A stretch of DNA of 53,859 bases, taken from Bacteroidota bacterium. Its GTDB lineage: Bacteria > Bacteroidota > Bacteroidia > Chitinophagales > BACL12. How positions within the stretch are numbered: position 1 is the stretch's first letter; the number at the start of each line of letters is the position of its first letter. The notes under the pieces are model-generated. The model was not told where the DNA came from and made no database searches. It was given only the letters and a program-made list of their open reading frames with translations. The stretch spans positions 1-53,859 of the forward strand of contig JANMLV010000224.1 in the NCBI GenBank assembly GCA_031372705.1, given 5' to 3'. This document shows positions 10,291 through 19,170 of this stretch, piece after piece. A program made the translations under genes and the position numbers.

Positions 10291-11085
10291 ATGAAATCAG
10301 CTTTATATAAATGTTTAGTTATGCATAACCGAATTGAGCCTAAAAAGCATCGGTTTACCTATAACATTTTTATGTTTTGGCTTGATATTGATTTGGTAAG
10401 CACTTTAGCGACCAAAATTCCGCTTTTTGCCTATAATAAACGCGGTGTTTTTAGCTTTAGAGATAGCGACCATTTTAAATATCCTGCCGGCGATGCACGC
10501 AATAACTTAAGCGTAAGGCAAAAATTGGATGCCTATCTGGCTGAAAATGGAATTGCAACACCTCCAAAACAAGTAATGCTGCTTACACATGTGCGCATGC
10601 TCGGTCATGTGTTTAATCCTGTTAGCTTTTATTTCTGCTATAATGAACAAGGCGACTGCGATTATGTTGTTACGGAAATCAGTAACACCTACGGTGAGAT
10701 GAAGCTGTTTTTAGTAGATCAGAAAAAGGAAATGGCATTTGAACAGTACGAGCAAAAATATTTCTATGTTTCCCCTTTCACCGATATGGATACCGAATTT
10801 GAGTTTAGATATCATTTGCCCGACGATAAATTAAATGTTCAAATTAATGTAAAAGATAAAACGGGAAGCAAATTTTTTATTAGCACGCTCACCGGGAAAC
10901 AAAAAATGTTAACTAACGCCAGATTGTGGTGGTATGTTTTCCGGTTCCCATTTGTAACAATAAAAGTAGTTTTAGGCATTCACTGGCAAGCATTATTATT
11001 ATGGTTGAAAAAAGTGCCTTATCACAAAAAAACAGATAACGCAGATTTGCAACGCGGTATAATTAATATAAATAATCAGAAATAA
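10291..11085 (+). CDS. DUF1365 family protein (UfaO-like)
   Basis: H-x-R, FNPVSFYFC, EISNTYGE, KYFYVSPF, IHWQALLLWLK. Confidence 0.9.
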   Translation: MKSALYKCLVMHNRIEPKKHRFTYNIFMFWLDIDLVSTLATKIPLFAYNKRGVFSFRDSDHFKYPAGDARNNLSVRQKLDAYLAENGIATPPKQVMLLTHVRMLGHVFNPVSFYFCYNEQGDCDYVVTEISNTYGEMKLFLVDQKKEMAFEQYEQKYFYVSPFTDMDTEFEFRYHLPDDKLNVQINVKDKTGSKFFISTLTGKQKMLTNARLWWYVFRFPFVTIKVVLGIHWQALLLWLKKVPYHKKTDNADLQRGIININNQK

Positions 11086-11103
11086 AAATAGTCAAAACAT
11101 AAA

Positions 11104-12312
11104 ATGAAATTCTATAAAAAAACCATTTTGAAGTTTCTGCAACCAATGCAGAGCGGCTATTTACATATTACACTCGCCAATGGTGAAATATTGGAGTTGG
11201 GTAGTAAGCAAAATGAATTACACGCAGATGTAACTGTGCTGGATGATGAATTCTTCAGACGGGCATTCCTCTTTGGAGACATCGGTTTTGCGGAATCATA
11301 TATGGCCGGTGAATGGACTACTAACGACTTAACAAAGCTGTTGTCGTGGTTTCTCTTGAATGTAGACAAAGCGCCAACTTTGAGCGGTTCTGCAGCGAAA
11401 ACTTTGATTTTGAATGCATTTCAGTTTGCCAATAAAATATTTCACAAGAAAAGAAAAAACTCGTTAACAGGCTCTCGTAAAAATATTGCAGAGCATTATG
11501 ATTTAAGTAACGAATTTTTTAGCTTGTTTTTAGATAACACAATGACTTATTCTTCGGGTTATTACACCCAACCTGATTTGGAACCTGAAAAAGCACAGTA
11601 TGCAAAATATGATAGTTTGTGCACGTCATTAAAGCTTAGTTCAGCCGACCATCTTTTAGAAATTGGGACCGGCTGGGGAGGATTTGCCATCTTTGCAGCT
11701 AAAAATTATGGATGTAAAATTACTTCTGTAACGATTTCAAAACAACAGCATGATTTTGCTACAAACAGAATTAAAGAGCAACACTTAGAGCACTTGATTG
11801 AAGTGCAGTTAAAGGATTATCGCCTTATAGATGGAAAATTTGATAAAGTGGTTTCTATTGAAATGATTGAAGCAGTTGGTGCACAGTATTTAAAAGTGTA
11901 TTTCGATAAAATTCAATCGGTATTAAAGCCAAATGGCGTGTTGGCATTGCAAGCAATTGTTTGCCCTGATTCACGTTTCGAATCTTTCAAAAATAATGTC
12001 GATTTCATTCAGAAGCATATCTTTCCTGGGAGTTTACTGCCAAGTATTGCTGCCATTAATACTGCTATAAATGAAACAGGCGACTTGTTTTTATTCGGAC
12101 TTAAAGATTTGGGTAAAAGCTATGTAATTACATTGTCAGAATGGCGTAAAAATTTTAATGGTAATATCGATCAAGTTAAACAACTAGGGTTCGATGAAAC
12201 CTTTATTCGCAAGTGGAATTATTATTTTTCTTATTGTGAAGCTGCATTTGATATGCGAAACATTAACGTTGTGCAAATGGTATATACCCGACCAAACAAT
12301 TATAAATATTAA
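11104..12312 (+). CDS. cfa: Cyclopropane-fatty-acyl-phospholipid synthase family methyltransferase
   Basis: GFAESYM, NIAEHYDLSNEFF, MTYSS, LEIGTGWGG, SIEMIEAVG, FIQKHIFPG, WNYYFSYCEAAF. Confidence 0.93.
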   Translation: MKFYKKTILKFLQPMQSGYLHITLANGEILELGSKQNELHADVTVLDDEFFRRAFLFGDIGFAESYMAGEWTTNDLTKLLSWFLLNVDKAPTLSGSAAKTLILNAFQFANKIFHKKRKNSLTGSRKNIAEHYDLSNEFFSLFLDNTMTYSSGYYTQPDLEPEKAQYAKYDSLCTSLKLSSADHLLEIGTGWGGFAIFAAKNYGCKITSVTISKQQHDFATNRIKEQHLEHLIEVQLKDYRLIDGKFDKVVSIEMIEAVGAQYLKVYFDKIQSVLKPNGVLALQAIVCPDSRFESFKNNVDFIQKHIFPGSLLPSIAAINTAINETGDLFLFGLKDLGKSYVITLSEWRKNFNGNIDQVKQLGFDETFIRKWNYYFSYCEAAFDMRNINVVQMVYTRPNNYKY

Positions 12313-12322
12313 ATTTGTATCT

Positions 12323-13090
12323 ATGTTACAGGTTTTGAGATATACATTCGTTATTGCCGGGATTGCACTCTCGCTAGCAGCGTCATCACAAATTTTAATT
12401 GCTGAAGATTGGTCGCAATCTGATTGTGAAGGCACTGAACATAATTTATTTACCACACTGGATACCGGCTCAGTGGTTGTTATGGAAATTGTAATGCTCG
12501 ATGGCTGTATGCCTTGTATTAATACCGCTCACCTTATTGGACCTGTAATTGATAGTTATAATGCCCTTTATGAAAATCGGATTCAATATTATACTTTCGG
12601 TTATAACGATACTTATAATTGCGCAGCATTAAGTGAGTGGAAAACAATTAACGAAATTACTTGTAATGCGCAATTTGTAGAAGGAGCAGATATTGCGTCT
12701 TTTTATGGTGGGATGGGCATGCCAACAATTGTTGTAACCGGCCGCAATACCCACAATGTTTATTTTAATCAATTTGGATTTGTGCCTTCCGATACCGCTG
12801 AATTTGCACTTGCAATTGAATACGCACTCGGTTTATCTGAACCGGTTGCGATTGATAATCATATGCAAGCATCGCTTCCCGTTTTCCCAAACCCGGTGCA
12901 AAATGAAATTCAAATTAGCGGTTGGCCTGCCAACACGAACCTAACTGTTTATGATATTTTTGGAAAATGTGTAATCACCGCACAATTGCAAAACAACCGT
13001 ATTAATGTGTCAAGCTTGCCACAGGGATTATATACAATTAGCGTGCAAAACGACACCTATTCAGCAACTACTCGTTTTGTGAAATACTGA
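12323..13090 (+). CDS. T9SS-sorted protein with a thioredoxin-like CxxC domain
   Basis: Start reassigned to ATG 12323 (signal peptide MLQVLRYTFVIAGIALSLAASSQ); GCMPC, GMPT; C-terminal VFPNPVQ...LPQGLY...RFVK sorting domain. Confidence 0.8.
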   Translation: MLQVLRYTFVIAGIALSLAASSQILIAEDWSQSDCEGTEHNLFTTLDTGSVVVMEIVMLDGCMPCINTAHLIGPVIDSYNALYENRIQYYTFGYNDTYNCAALSEWKTINEITCNAQFVEGADIASFYGGMGMPTIVVTGRNTHNVYFNQFGFVPSDTAEFALAIEYALGLSEPVAIDNHMQASLPVFPNPVQNEIQISGWPANTNLTVYDIFGKCVITAQLQNNRINVSSLPQGLYTISVQNDTYSATTRFVKY

Positions 13091-13093
13091 ATA

Positions 13094-13951
13094 TTATTTT
13101 GGCAACATAAATATCGGTAGGTTGCTCTGGTATAACACATCAGCACGCATTGATTGATGCAGCAGTCCGCTGATGCCATGATGTTTTACTCCGGTTAGTG
13201 CAATAGCTCCTATATTTTTATTTTGAACATAATGCTGCCATGCTTCATGTAAAATTATAGCATCGACTACCTCATAATCAAGATTTATATCTTTATAATC
13301 ACTTTTTATTTGTTCTGCAATCTTAAAAATTGCTGATTCTGCATCAACGCGGTCGGTTTTAAAGTGAACCAAATGCAACTTGATGTTATACGGTTGCATT
13401 AAGTTCAGCAATTTGCCTATTGCATAGTTATCGTCAGCATCAAGATTTGTCATATATAGAATTGTTGAAGCAGGATCAAATTGATAATTCTCAGGAACCA
13501 CCAATACTGGATAATTTGATTTTTGCATAACAGATTGCGCCATGCTACCAAAAAACAACCTTTCTAATCTGCCATGCTTATGTCGGCCCATAATGATAAG
13601 CTGAGGGTGCAATTCAGCAGCTTTTTCAAGTATCACAGCATCCGCTACTCCATTTTCTGTATATCCAAATACGGGCAAGTTCTTACCGGCATTATGCATT
13701 TTTTGTTGAAATGTGCTAACAAGTTGCTGCATGTCGGTTTCTGCTTCAGTTCGCATTTTATACAATAAGTCAGAAGTGTATTTCTCAACACCCGTTTCTG
13801 AATACGTAGGACGCTCATGGGCAACAAAAGGGTCATCAAAGGCATTTATAAAGTGAATGGCAGCTTCTAAATTTATAGCTATTGGCAGTATATAATCGAG
13901 TGCCTCTGCTGCATTATCTGCTAAATTAGTTGGAACAAGCAACTGTTTCAT
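13094..13951 (-). CDS. Universal stress protein (tandem USP domains)
   Basis: LLVPTNL, LIIMG, FFGSMAQSV, YPVLVVP. Confidence 0.9.
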   Translation of the reverse strand: MKQLLVPTNLADNAAEALDYILPIAINLEAAIHFINAFDDPFVAHERPTYSETGVEKYTSDLLYKMRTEAETDMQQLVSTFQQKMHNAGKNLPVFGYTENGVADAVILEKAAELHPQLIIMGRHKHGRLERLFFGSMAQSVMQKSNYPVLVVPENYQFDPASTILYMTNLDADDNYAIGKLLNLMQPYNIKLHLVHFKTDRVDAESAIFKIAEQIKSDYKDINLDYEVVDAIILHEAWQHYVQNKNIGAIALTGVKHHGISGLLHQSMRADVLYQSNLPIFMLPK

Positions 13952-14039
13952 GACTTAAAATTTGTTTAAAGTTACCATATAAAAATCGACTTTTTGATGA
14001 AAAAAGTCACCATTTCAGCGCTTTTCGAAACAATTATTA

Positions 14040-14071
14040 TGTTTAACTGTTTTGAAAATAGATTAAACAAA
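14040..14071. promoter_or_regulatory. Candidate operator GTTTAA-N16-TTAAAC upstream of the merR-like gene
   Basis: TGTTTAA-N16-TTAAACA inverted repeat; same arms and spacing recur at 14990-15020. Confidence 0.5.
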
Positions 14072-14084
14072 CTATCTTTACAGC

Positions 14085-14981
14085 ATGGCATCAATTTACA
14101 GCATACGTGAGCTTGAATCACTTTCCGGTATAAAGGCACATACAATACGTATTTGGGAGCAACGTTACGGTATTTTAAATGCCAGTAGAACAGAAACTAA
14201 TATTCGTTTCTACTCGGAAGAGGAGTTGCGCTATTTAATGAGTTTGGCTTTACTCAATCGCAACGGCTATAAAATTTCCAAATTGGCTGCCATGAGCCAT
14301 AGCGACATTTCGAAGTTGGTTGTCGAAATGATAAATGCACCCGCCGAATACTCCAATCAAATTGAAGCGCTAACCATTGCTACCATTGCATATGACGAAG
14401 ATAAGTTTGAGAAAATACTCAACACCTGCATTCTTCAAATAGGTTTCGAAGAAACAATAAAAAAAGTTGTGTTTCCTTATCTCGAAAAAGTTGGTATGCT
14501 CTGGGTTTCGGGCACTATTATGGCTGCACAAGAGCACTTTATGACCCAATTGCTTCGTCAGAAGCTACTTGTTGCAATTGATGGCCAACAAATAAAGACA
14601 GATGCACATAGCAAAGAATTTGTATTGTTTTTGCCTAACGGCGAATGGCACGAATTAAGTTTACTGTTCCTTAGCTATCTGCTAAAATCCAGAAACCATA
14701 AGGTAATTTATTTAGGACCCAGTGTTCCGCTTCAAGATTTGCTAAAAGTTGGCGAAACGCTACAACCATATGGCTTTTACACAATAATAACTACCAACCC
14801 ATCAACATTTACTGTAAGTGAGTATCTCAATCAAATTGCCACGAATTTTCCCGAAAGTAAAGTTTTTGTGAGCGGACCTCAAGTAAATAACCAGCTTAAG
14901 GGGTTAATTTCAAATGTATACCCAATAAGCAGTCTGGATACGGCAATTGATCGCTTAGAGGAATTTGCTGTGGCATCTTAA
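14085..14981 (+). CDS. MerR-family regulator with B12-binding domain (CarH/LitR-like)
   Basis: MerR HTH (YSIRELE...HTIRIWEQRYG...R..NIRFYS); W-x9-EH (WVSGTIMAAQEH); E-x-H (GEWHELS); YLGPSVP. Confidence 0.9.
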   Translation: MASIYSIRELESLSGIKAHTIRIWEQRYGILNASRTETNIRFYSEEELRYLMSLALLNRNGYKISKLAAMSHSDISKLVVEMINAPAEYSNQIEALTIATIAYDEDKFEKILNTCILQIGFEETIKKVVFPYLEKVGMLWVSGTIMAAQEHFMTQLLRQKLLVAIDGQQIKTDAHSKEFVLFLPNGEWHELSLLFLSYLLKSRNHKVIYLGPSVPLQDLLKVGETLQPYGFYTIITTNPSTFTVSEYLNQIATNFPESKVFVSGPQVNNQLKGLISNVYPISSLDTAIDRLEEFAVAS

Positions 14982-14989
14982 CTCATTTC

Positions 14990-15020
14990 GTTTAACATTT
15001 AACTAAAAAAGTTAAACAAA
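14990..15020. promoter_or_regulatory. Candidate operator GTTTAAC-N14-GTTAAAC upstream of the ECF sigma gene
   Basis: Perfect 7-bp inverted arms immediately upstream of the -33 box. Confidence 0.5.
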
Positions 15021-15022
15021 AA

Positions 15023-15054
15023 TTTGGTTTTCTGAAATTCCTGAATTAACTTTG
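15023..15054 (+). promoter_or_regulatory. Bacteroidota housekeeping promoter (-33 TTTG, -7 TAACTTTG)
   Basis: TTTG at 15023-15026, 20-nt spacer, TAACTTTG at 15047-15054, 17 nt before the ATG. Confidence 0.75.
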
Positions 15055-15071
15055 CCTTATAATTAAGAATT

Positions 15072-15587
15072 ATGACAAACATTGAGTTCGAATCAAACAT
15101 CATTGGGTTAAAATCTCCTCTTAAGGCATTTGCCTTAAATTTAACGCGTGACCGCGACGATGCACTTGATCTTGTGCAGGAAACTTATTTCAGAGCCTTG
15201 TCTAACCAGGACAAATTTCATGATGGCACTAACTTGAAGGCGTGGTTACTTACCATCATGAAAAACATCTTTATTAACAACTACCGTAAATCGTCTAAAA
15301 GACAGACAGTTGTTGATAGTTCAGATAATTTGTTTTTAATAAATTCTGGTGGTGCTATAACAGCAAATCAAGCTGAAAACGATTTTGTGATGAAAGACTT
15401 GGTTAAGGCAATTAACCAATTGGATGAAGAATATAAAAAGCCTTTCATTATGCATTACCAAGGCTACAAGTATGAGGAGATTGCCGAAACGATGCATTTG
15501 CCGTTAGGAACTGTAAAAAGCAGAATTTTCTTCGCCAGAAAACAAATGAAAGACTTTTTGGAAACAAAAGGTTTCGACAGATATTAA
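15072..15587 (+). CDS. ECF RNA polymerase sigma-70 factor
   Basis: DLVQET, NLKAWLLTIMKNIFIN (region 2); GYKYEEIAE...LGTVKSRIFFAR (region 4). Confidence 0.95.
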   Translation: MTNIEFESNIIGLKSPLKAFALNLTRDRDDALDLVQETYFRALSNQDKFHDGTNLKAWLLTIMKNIFINNYRKSSKRQTVVDSSDNLFLINSGGAITANQAENDFVMKDLVKAINQLDEEYKKPFIMHYQGYKYEEIAETMHLPLGTVKSRIFFARKQMKDFLETKGFDRY

Positions 15588-15613
15588 TTTAAAATTTTTA
15601 GGTATACATCAAG

Positions 15614-15640
15614 ATCCCGAATTTATTTCGGGATTTTTTT
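15614..15640 (+). terminator. Intrinsic terminator
   Basis: ATCCCGAA-tttat-TTCGGGAT followed by a T run. Confidence 0.75.
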
Positions 15641-16022
15641 ATGCCTCATACAGTTCAATTGGCAATCCGTCAGGGTCGCAGAAAAAAACAAATTTTTTCC
15701 CTGTATATTCATCTATTCTTATTGTTTCAAAAACGATTCCCTTGCTGCTGAATTTTGTTACGGCAGCTTCAACATCTTCAACCGCAAAACATAGGTGCCG
15801 CAGGCCTTTTGCTTCAGGATAGGAGGGTCGCTCAGGTGCATTTTCAAATGAAAACAATTCAATTGCTTCGAACGCATTTACACGTAAATCTAATTTCCAA
15901 GAATTGCGGTCTACGCGATAGTTTTCGGCAATAATTGGCAATGAGAGTTGCTCGTGATAAAAACGTTTTGAACGTTCATAATCACTGCAAATAATAGCAA
16001 TATGGTGAATTCCTTTAATCAT
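15639..16022 (-). CDS. VOC/glyoxalase family protein (YaeR-like)
   Basis: IHHIAIICSDYERSKRFY, IELF, GLRHLCFAV, DPDGLPIELYE. Confidence 0.92.
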   Translation of the reverse strand: MIKGIHHIAIICSDYERSKRFYHEQLSLPIIAENYRVDRNSWKLDLRVNAFEAIELFSFENAPERPSYPEAKGLRHLCFAVEDVEAAVTKFSSKGIVFETIRIDEYTGKKFVFFCDPDGLPIELYEA

Positions 16023-16384
16023 TCGTAAAAGAAAAATGCATCCTCAAAATGTTTAAAAAACCATTTGTCATCTTTCGATTTAAAAACGGCAATAATATCA
16101 AATCGCAATGCACTGTTTGATTCTTTTTCATAAAAATATGCTGCAGCTGCTTTAGCCATCATTTTTCGTTTAGTAGCGCCAACTGATTCTTCCGGGAAAC
16201 CAAAAACATAACTACTCCTTGTTTTTACCTCCATAAAAGCAATGGTATCTCCCAATTTAGCTATAATATCAACCTCTGCGCGCCCAAATCTATAGTTGCG
16301 CTGCAAAATTTGATAACCCTTTTCTTCCAGGTAAAGAACAGCCTTATCCTCTCCAAGCCTCCCCAATTCGTTATGCCTGCTCAT
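16019..16384 (-). CDS. yraN: YraN family (UPF0102) predicted endonuclease
   Basis: Start reassigned to MSRHNELGRLGED (16384); EVDIIA, FMEVKTR, RFDIIAV. Confidence 0.92.
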   Translation of the reverse strand: MSRHNELGRLGEDKAVLYLEEKGYQILQRNYRFGRAEVDIIAKLGDTIAFMEVKTRSSYVFGFPEESVGATKRKMMAKAAAAYFYEKESNSALRFDIIAVFKSKDDKWFFKHFEDAFFFYE

Positions 16385-16410
16385 AAAAGTGTATTTTTGT
16401 ACCTTAGAAC

Positions 16411-17394
16411 ATGGACAAATATATTGATAGATTTCCGAAACAACTGCTTGAGGCTTTGGCCATTGGGGCAAATTTACCTGATATACATTGTCCACGTCAG
16501 GTAAATAATATTGTAATTTCAGGAATGGGCGGCTCAGGAATTGGCGGATTGTTGTTAAAAGATTTCTTGAAATCAACCCTTTCAATTCCATTAGAGGTTA
16601 TTAACGATTATAATTTGCCTGCAATCTGTAACGAAAATACACTTTTGATTTGCTCCAGTTATTCAGGTAATACAGAAGAAACGCTTTCGGCCTTTGCGCA
16701 AGCTGTTGATCGCAATTGCATGGTTGCTTGCGTGTCGAGTGGCGGAAGATTGTCGGATTTGGCACATCAACATCATTTTCCTGTTGTTACCGTTCCGGGA
16801 GGCATGCCACCCCGAACTTGCTTGGGATATTCTTCGGTTGCACAATTGTTTATATTATATAAGTCGGGCATAATTAGTAATACGTTCATTAAAAATATTG
16901 AGCAAGCAGCAGCGCTTTTAACAACTGCTAAAGAAACCATCCACCAAACAGCAAAATCAATTGCCGTTTTAGTTAAAGATTCAATTCCGGTTGTGTATGC
17001 CGATACAGCAATTAACACGGTTGCTTTGCGTTTGAAGCAGCAAATAAATGAAAACGCAAAAATGCTTTGTTATAATCTCGCATTGCCTGAAATGAATCAC
17101 AATGAATTGGTTGCTTATTTTGAAAAGCACGAGAATTTAAGCGTAATTTATTTGCGTCATCCTGCTGAGCATCCTCAAACTGCTAAACGTTTTACATTGG
17201 TTGAGGAATTAATTAGTGATAAAATAGGTTGTAGTGCAACAATATATTCCGATGGCAATTCATTCTTGGAAAATATTTTTTATTTAATTCATGTTGGCGA
17301 TTGGTTAAGCTTCTATTTGGCTGAATTAAATGGCGTAGACCCAATTAAAATTGAAATGCTTGATTGGTTAAAAACAGCATTGGAAAAAAAGTAA
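16411..17394 (+). CDS. Bifunctional phosphoglucose/phosphomannose isomerase (SIS fold)
   Basis: GMGGSGIGG, SSYSGNTEET, SSGG, PR, QINENAK, PEMNHNE. Confidence 0.92.
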   Translation: MDKYIDRFPKQLLEALAIGANLPDIHCPRQVNNIVISGMGGSGIGGLLLKDFLKSTLSIPLEVINDYNLPAICNENTLLICSSYSGNTEETLSAFAQAVDRNCMVACVSSGGRLSDLAHQHHFPVVTVPGGMPPRTCLGYSSVAQLFILYKSGIISNTFIKNIEQAAALLTTAKETIHQTAKSIAVLVKDSIPVVYADTAINTVALRLKQQINENAKMLCYNLALPEMNHNELVAYFEKHENLSVIYLRHPAEHPQTAKRFTLVEELISDKIGCSATIYSDGNSFLENIFYLIHVGDWLSFYLAELNGVDPIKIEMLDWLKTALEKK

Positions 17395-18093
17395 ATGCAA
17401 CTCGTTAAATTTCGTGATTTAGGAAGAATGGAATATGGATATGCATGGAAATTGCAGGATGCTATTTTTAAAGATATTATTGATAAAAAATTAAAGAACA
17501 GGATAATACCTGAAGATGAGCAATTAACCTATCAACATCAATTATTATTTGTTGAACATGATCCGGTTATAACTTTAGGGAAAAGTGCCAACGAAAACAA
17601 TGTATTATTTAATGAAGAGGCCTTAAAACAACGTGGTATCCAACTTTTTCATACCAATCGGGGTGGTGATGTAACCTATCATGGACCGGGACAAATAGTT
17701 GGTTATCCTATTTTAGACCTTGATTATTTTTTTACCGATTTGGGGAGATATTTAAGGAGTATTGAAGAGGTAATTATTTTAACATTAGCCGATTATAATA
17801 TCAAAGGCGAAAGATTGCAAGGTGTTACCGGTGTTTGGTTAGATGCCGATAATGCCAAAGCCAGGAAAATTTGCGCAATTGGAATTAGAAGCAGCAGATG
17901 GGTCACCATGCATGGGTTTGCATTTAATGTAAATACTGACCTTAATCAATTTAATTTTATTATTCCTTGCGGAATACAAGATAAAGCAGTAACTTCATTG
18001 CAACAGGAATTAGGATACCCTGTTAATATGGAGGAAGTAAAACAAAAAGTAAAGAAACATTTTTCAACGGTATTTAATTGTAAATTAATCTGA
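17395..18093 (+). CDS. lipB: Lipoyl(octanoyl) transferase
   Basis: EHDPVITLG, RGGDVTYHGPGQIVGYPI, KICAIG, HGFAFN, IIPCGI. Confidence 0.97.
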   Translation: MQLVKFRDLGRMEYGYAWKLQDAIFKDIIDKKLKNRIIPEDEQLTYQHQLLFVEHDPVITLGKSANENNVLFNEEALKQRGIQLFHTNRGGDVTYHGPGQIVGYPILDLDYFFTDLGRYLRSIEEVIILTLADYNIKGERLQGVTGVWLDADNAKARKICAIGIRSSRWVTMHGFAFNVNTDLNQFNFIIPCGIQDKAVTSLQQELGYPVNMEEVKQKVKKHFSTVFNCKLI

Positions 18094-19151
18094 TGCAAGA
18101 ATTTGAAGACGATATAGAAATAAATGATCTTGCGGGTGACACCGAAGAAGAACTGTATGAACATTATCGAGTGGTAACCGACAGGAAGCAAGAACCGTTG
18201 CGCATCGACAAATTTTTATTCAACAGGATAGAAAATATTTCACGCACCAGATTGCAAAATTGTGCTGCGGCTAATTGTATTTTAGTTAATGGTAAAGCAG
18301 TTAAATCTAACTATAAAATCAAGCCTTTTGATGAAATAGTGGTTGTGCTGCCACAGAAACCTGCAAAGTATGATGTTCGAGCTGAAAATATTCCAATTGA
18401 TATTGTATATGAAGATGATGATGTAGTTTTAATTAATAAAAAACCGGGCATGGTTGTACATCCCGGCCTCGGCAATTTTTCAGGCACCTTGGTAAATGCA
18501 TTGTTGTACCATTTTGAACAATTGCCGCCAAAGCAAGATGAACCCTATCGCCCCGGCCTTGTGCACCGTATTGATAAATTCACATCAGGTTTGATAATTG
18601 CTGCCAAAAATGAATTCGCAATGGCTCATCTCGCAAAACAATTTTACGACCATAGCATAAGTCGCAGGTATTATGCGTTAGTATGGGGCGAATTTGAAGA
18701 AGACAGTGGAACAATTACCGGAAATATTGCGCGCCATCAACGTTTTAGAAAAATATTTACTGTTTATCCCGAAGGCGGTGAAATTGGTAAACATGCCGTA
18801 ACACATTATAAGGTGTTGGAACGTTTTGGGTATACCAGCTTAGTAGAATGTAAATTAGAAACAGGCCGAACACATCAAATTAGAGTGCATATGCAAAGTA
18901 TCGGGCATCCAGTTTTTAGTGATAATACCTATGGCGGTGATAAAATTGTTAAAGGCACTATTTATAACAAGTATCGTCAGTTTGTTGAAAATTGCTTTGA
19001 TTTAATTCCGCGTCAGGCTTTGCATGCTAAATCTCTAGGGTTTATTCATCCAAGTTCCGGCAAAGAAATGTATTTTGAAAGCGAATTACCGGCCGATTTT
19101 GCCGCTGCAACCGATAAATGGCGTGCTTATTCGTTAAATATCAAATATTAA
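18093..19151 (+). CDS. rluD: RluA-family 23S rRNA pseudouridine synthase (RluD-like, with S4 domain)
   Basis: RIDKFL S4 domain, NKKPGMVVHP, VHRIDKFTSG, LETGRTHQIRVH, RQALHA. Confidence 0.93.
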   Translation: MQEFEDDIEINDLAGDTEEELYEHYRVVTDRKQEPLRIDKFLFNRIENISRTRLQNCAAANCILVNGKAVKSNYKIKPFDEIVVVLPQKPAKYDVRAENIPIDIVYEDDDVVLINKKPGMVVHPGLGNFSGTLVNALLYHFEQLPPKQDEPYRPGLVHRIDKFTSGLIIAAKNEFAMAHLAKQFYDHSISRRYYALVWGEFEEDSGTITGNIARHQRFRKIFTVYPEGGEIGKHAVTHYKVLERFGYTSLVECKLETGRTHQIRVHMQSIGHPVFSDNTYGGDKIVKGTIYNKYRQFVENCFDLIPRQALHAKSLGFIHPSSGKEMYFESELPADFAAATDKWRAYSLNIKY

Positions 19152-19170
19152 TTATTTTATATCTTGCGGT

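Noticed and set aside
12194-12322. N-terminal extension of the 12194 ORF
   Set aside because: It overlaps the cfa 3' end; the signal peptide and -7 box support ATG 12323.
16385-16591. N-terminal extension of yraN in the ORF track
   Set aside because: It overlaps the pgi/pmi gene on the opposite strand; YraN similarity starts at MSRHNELG.
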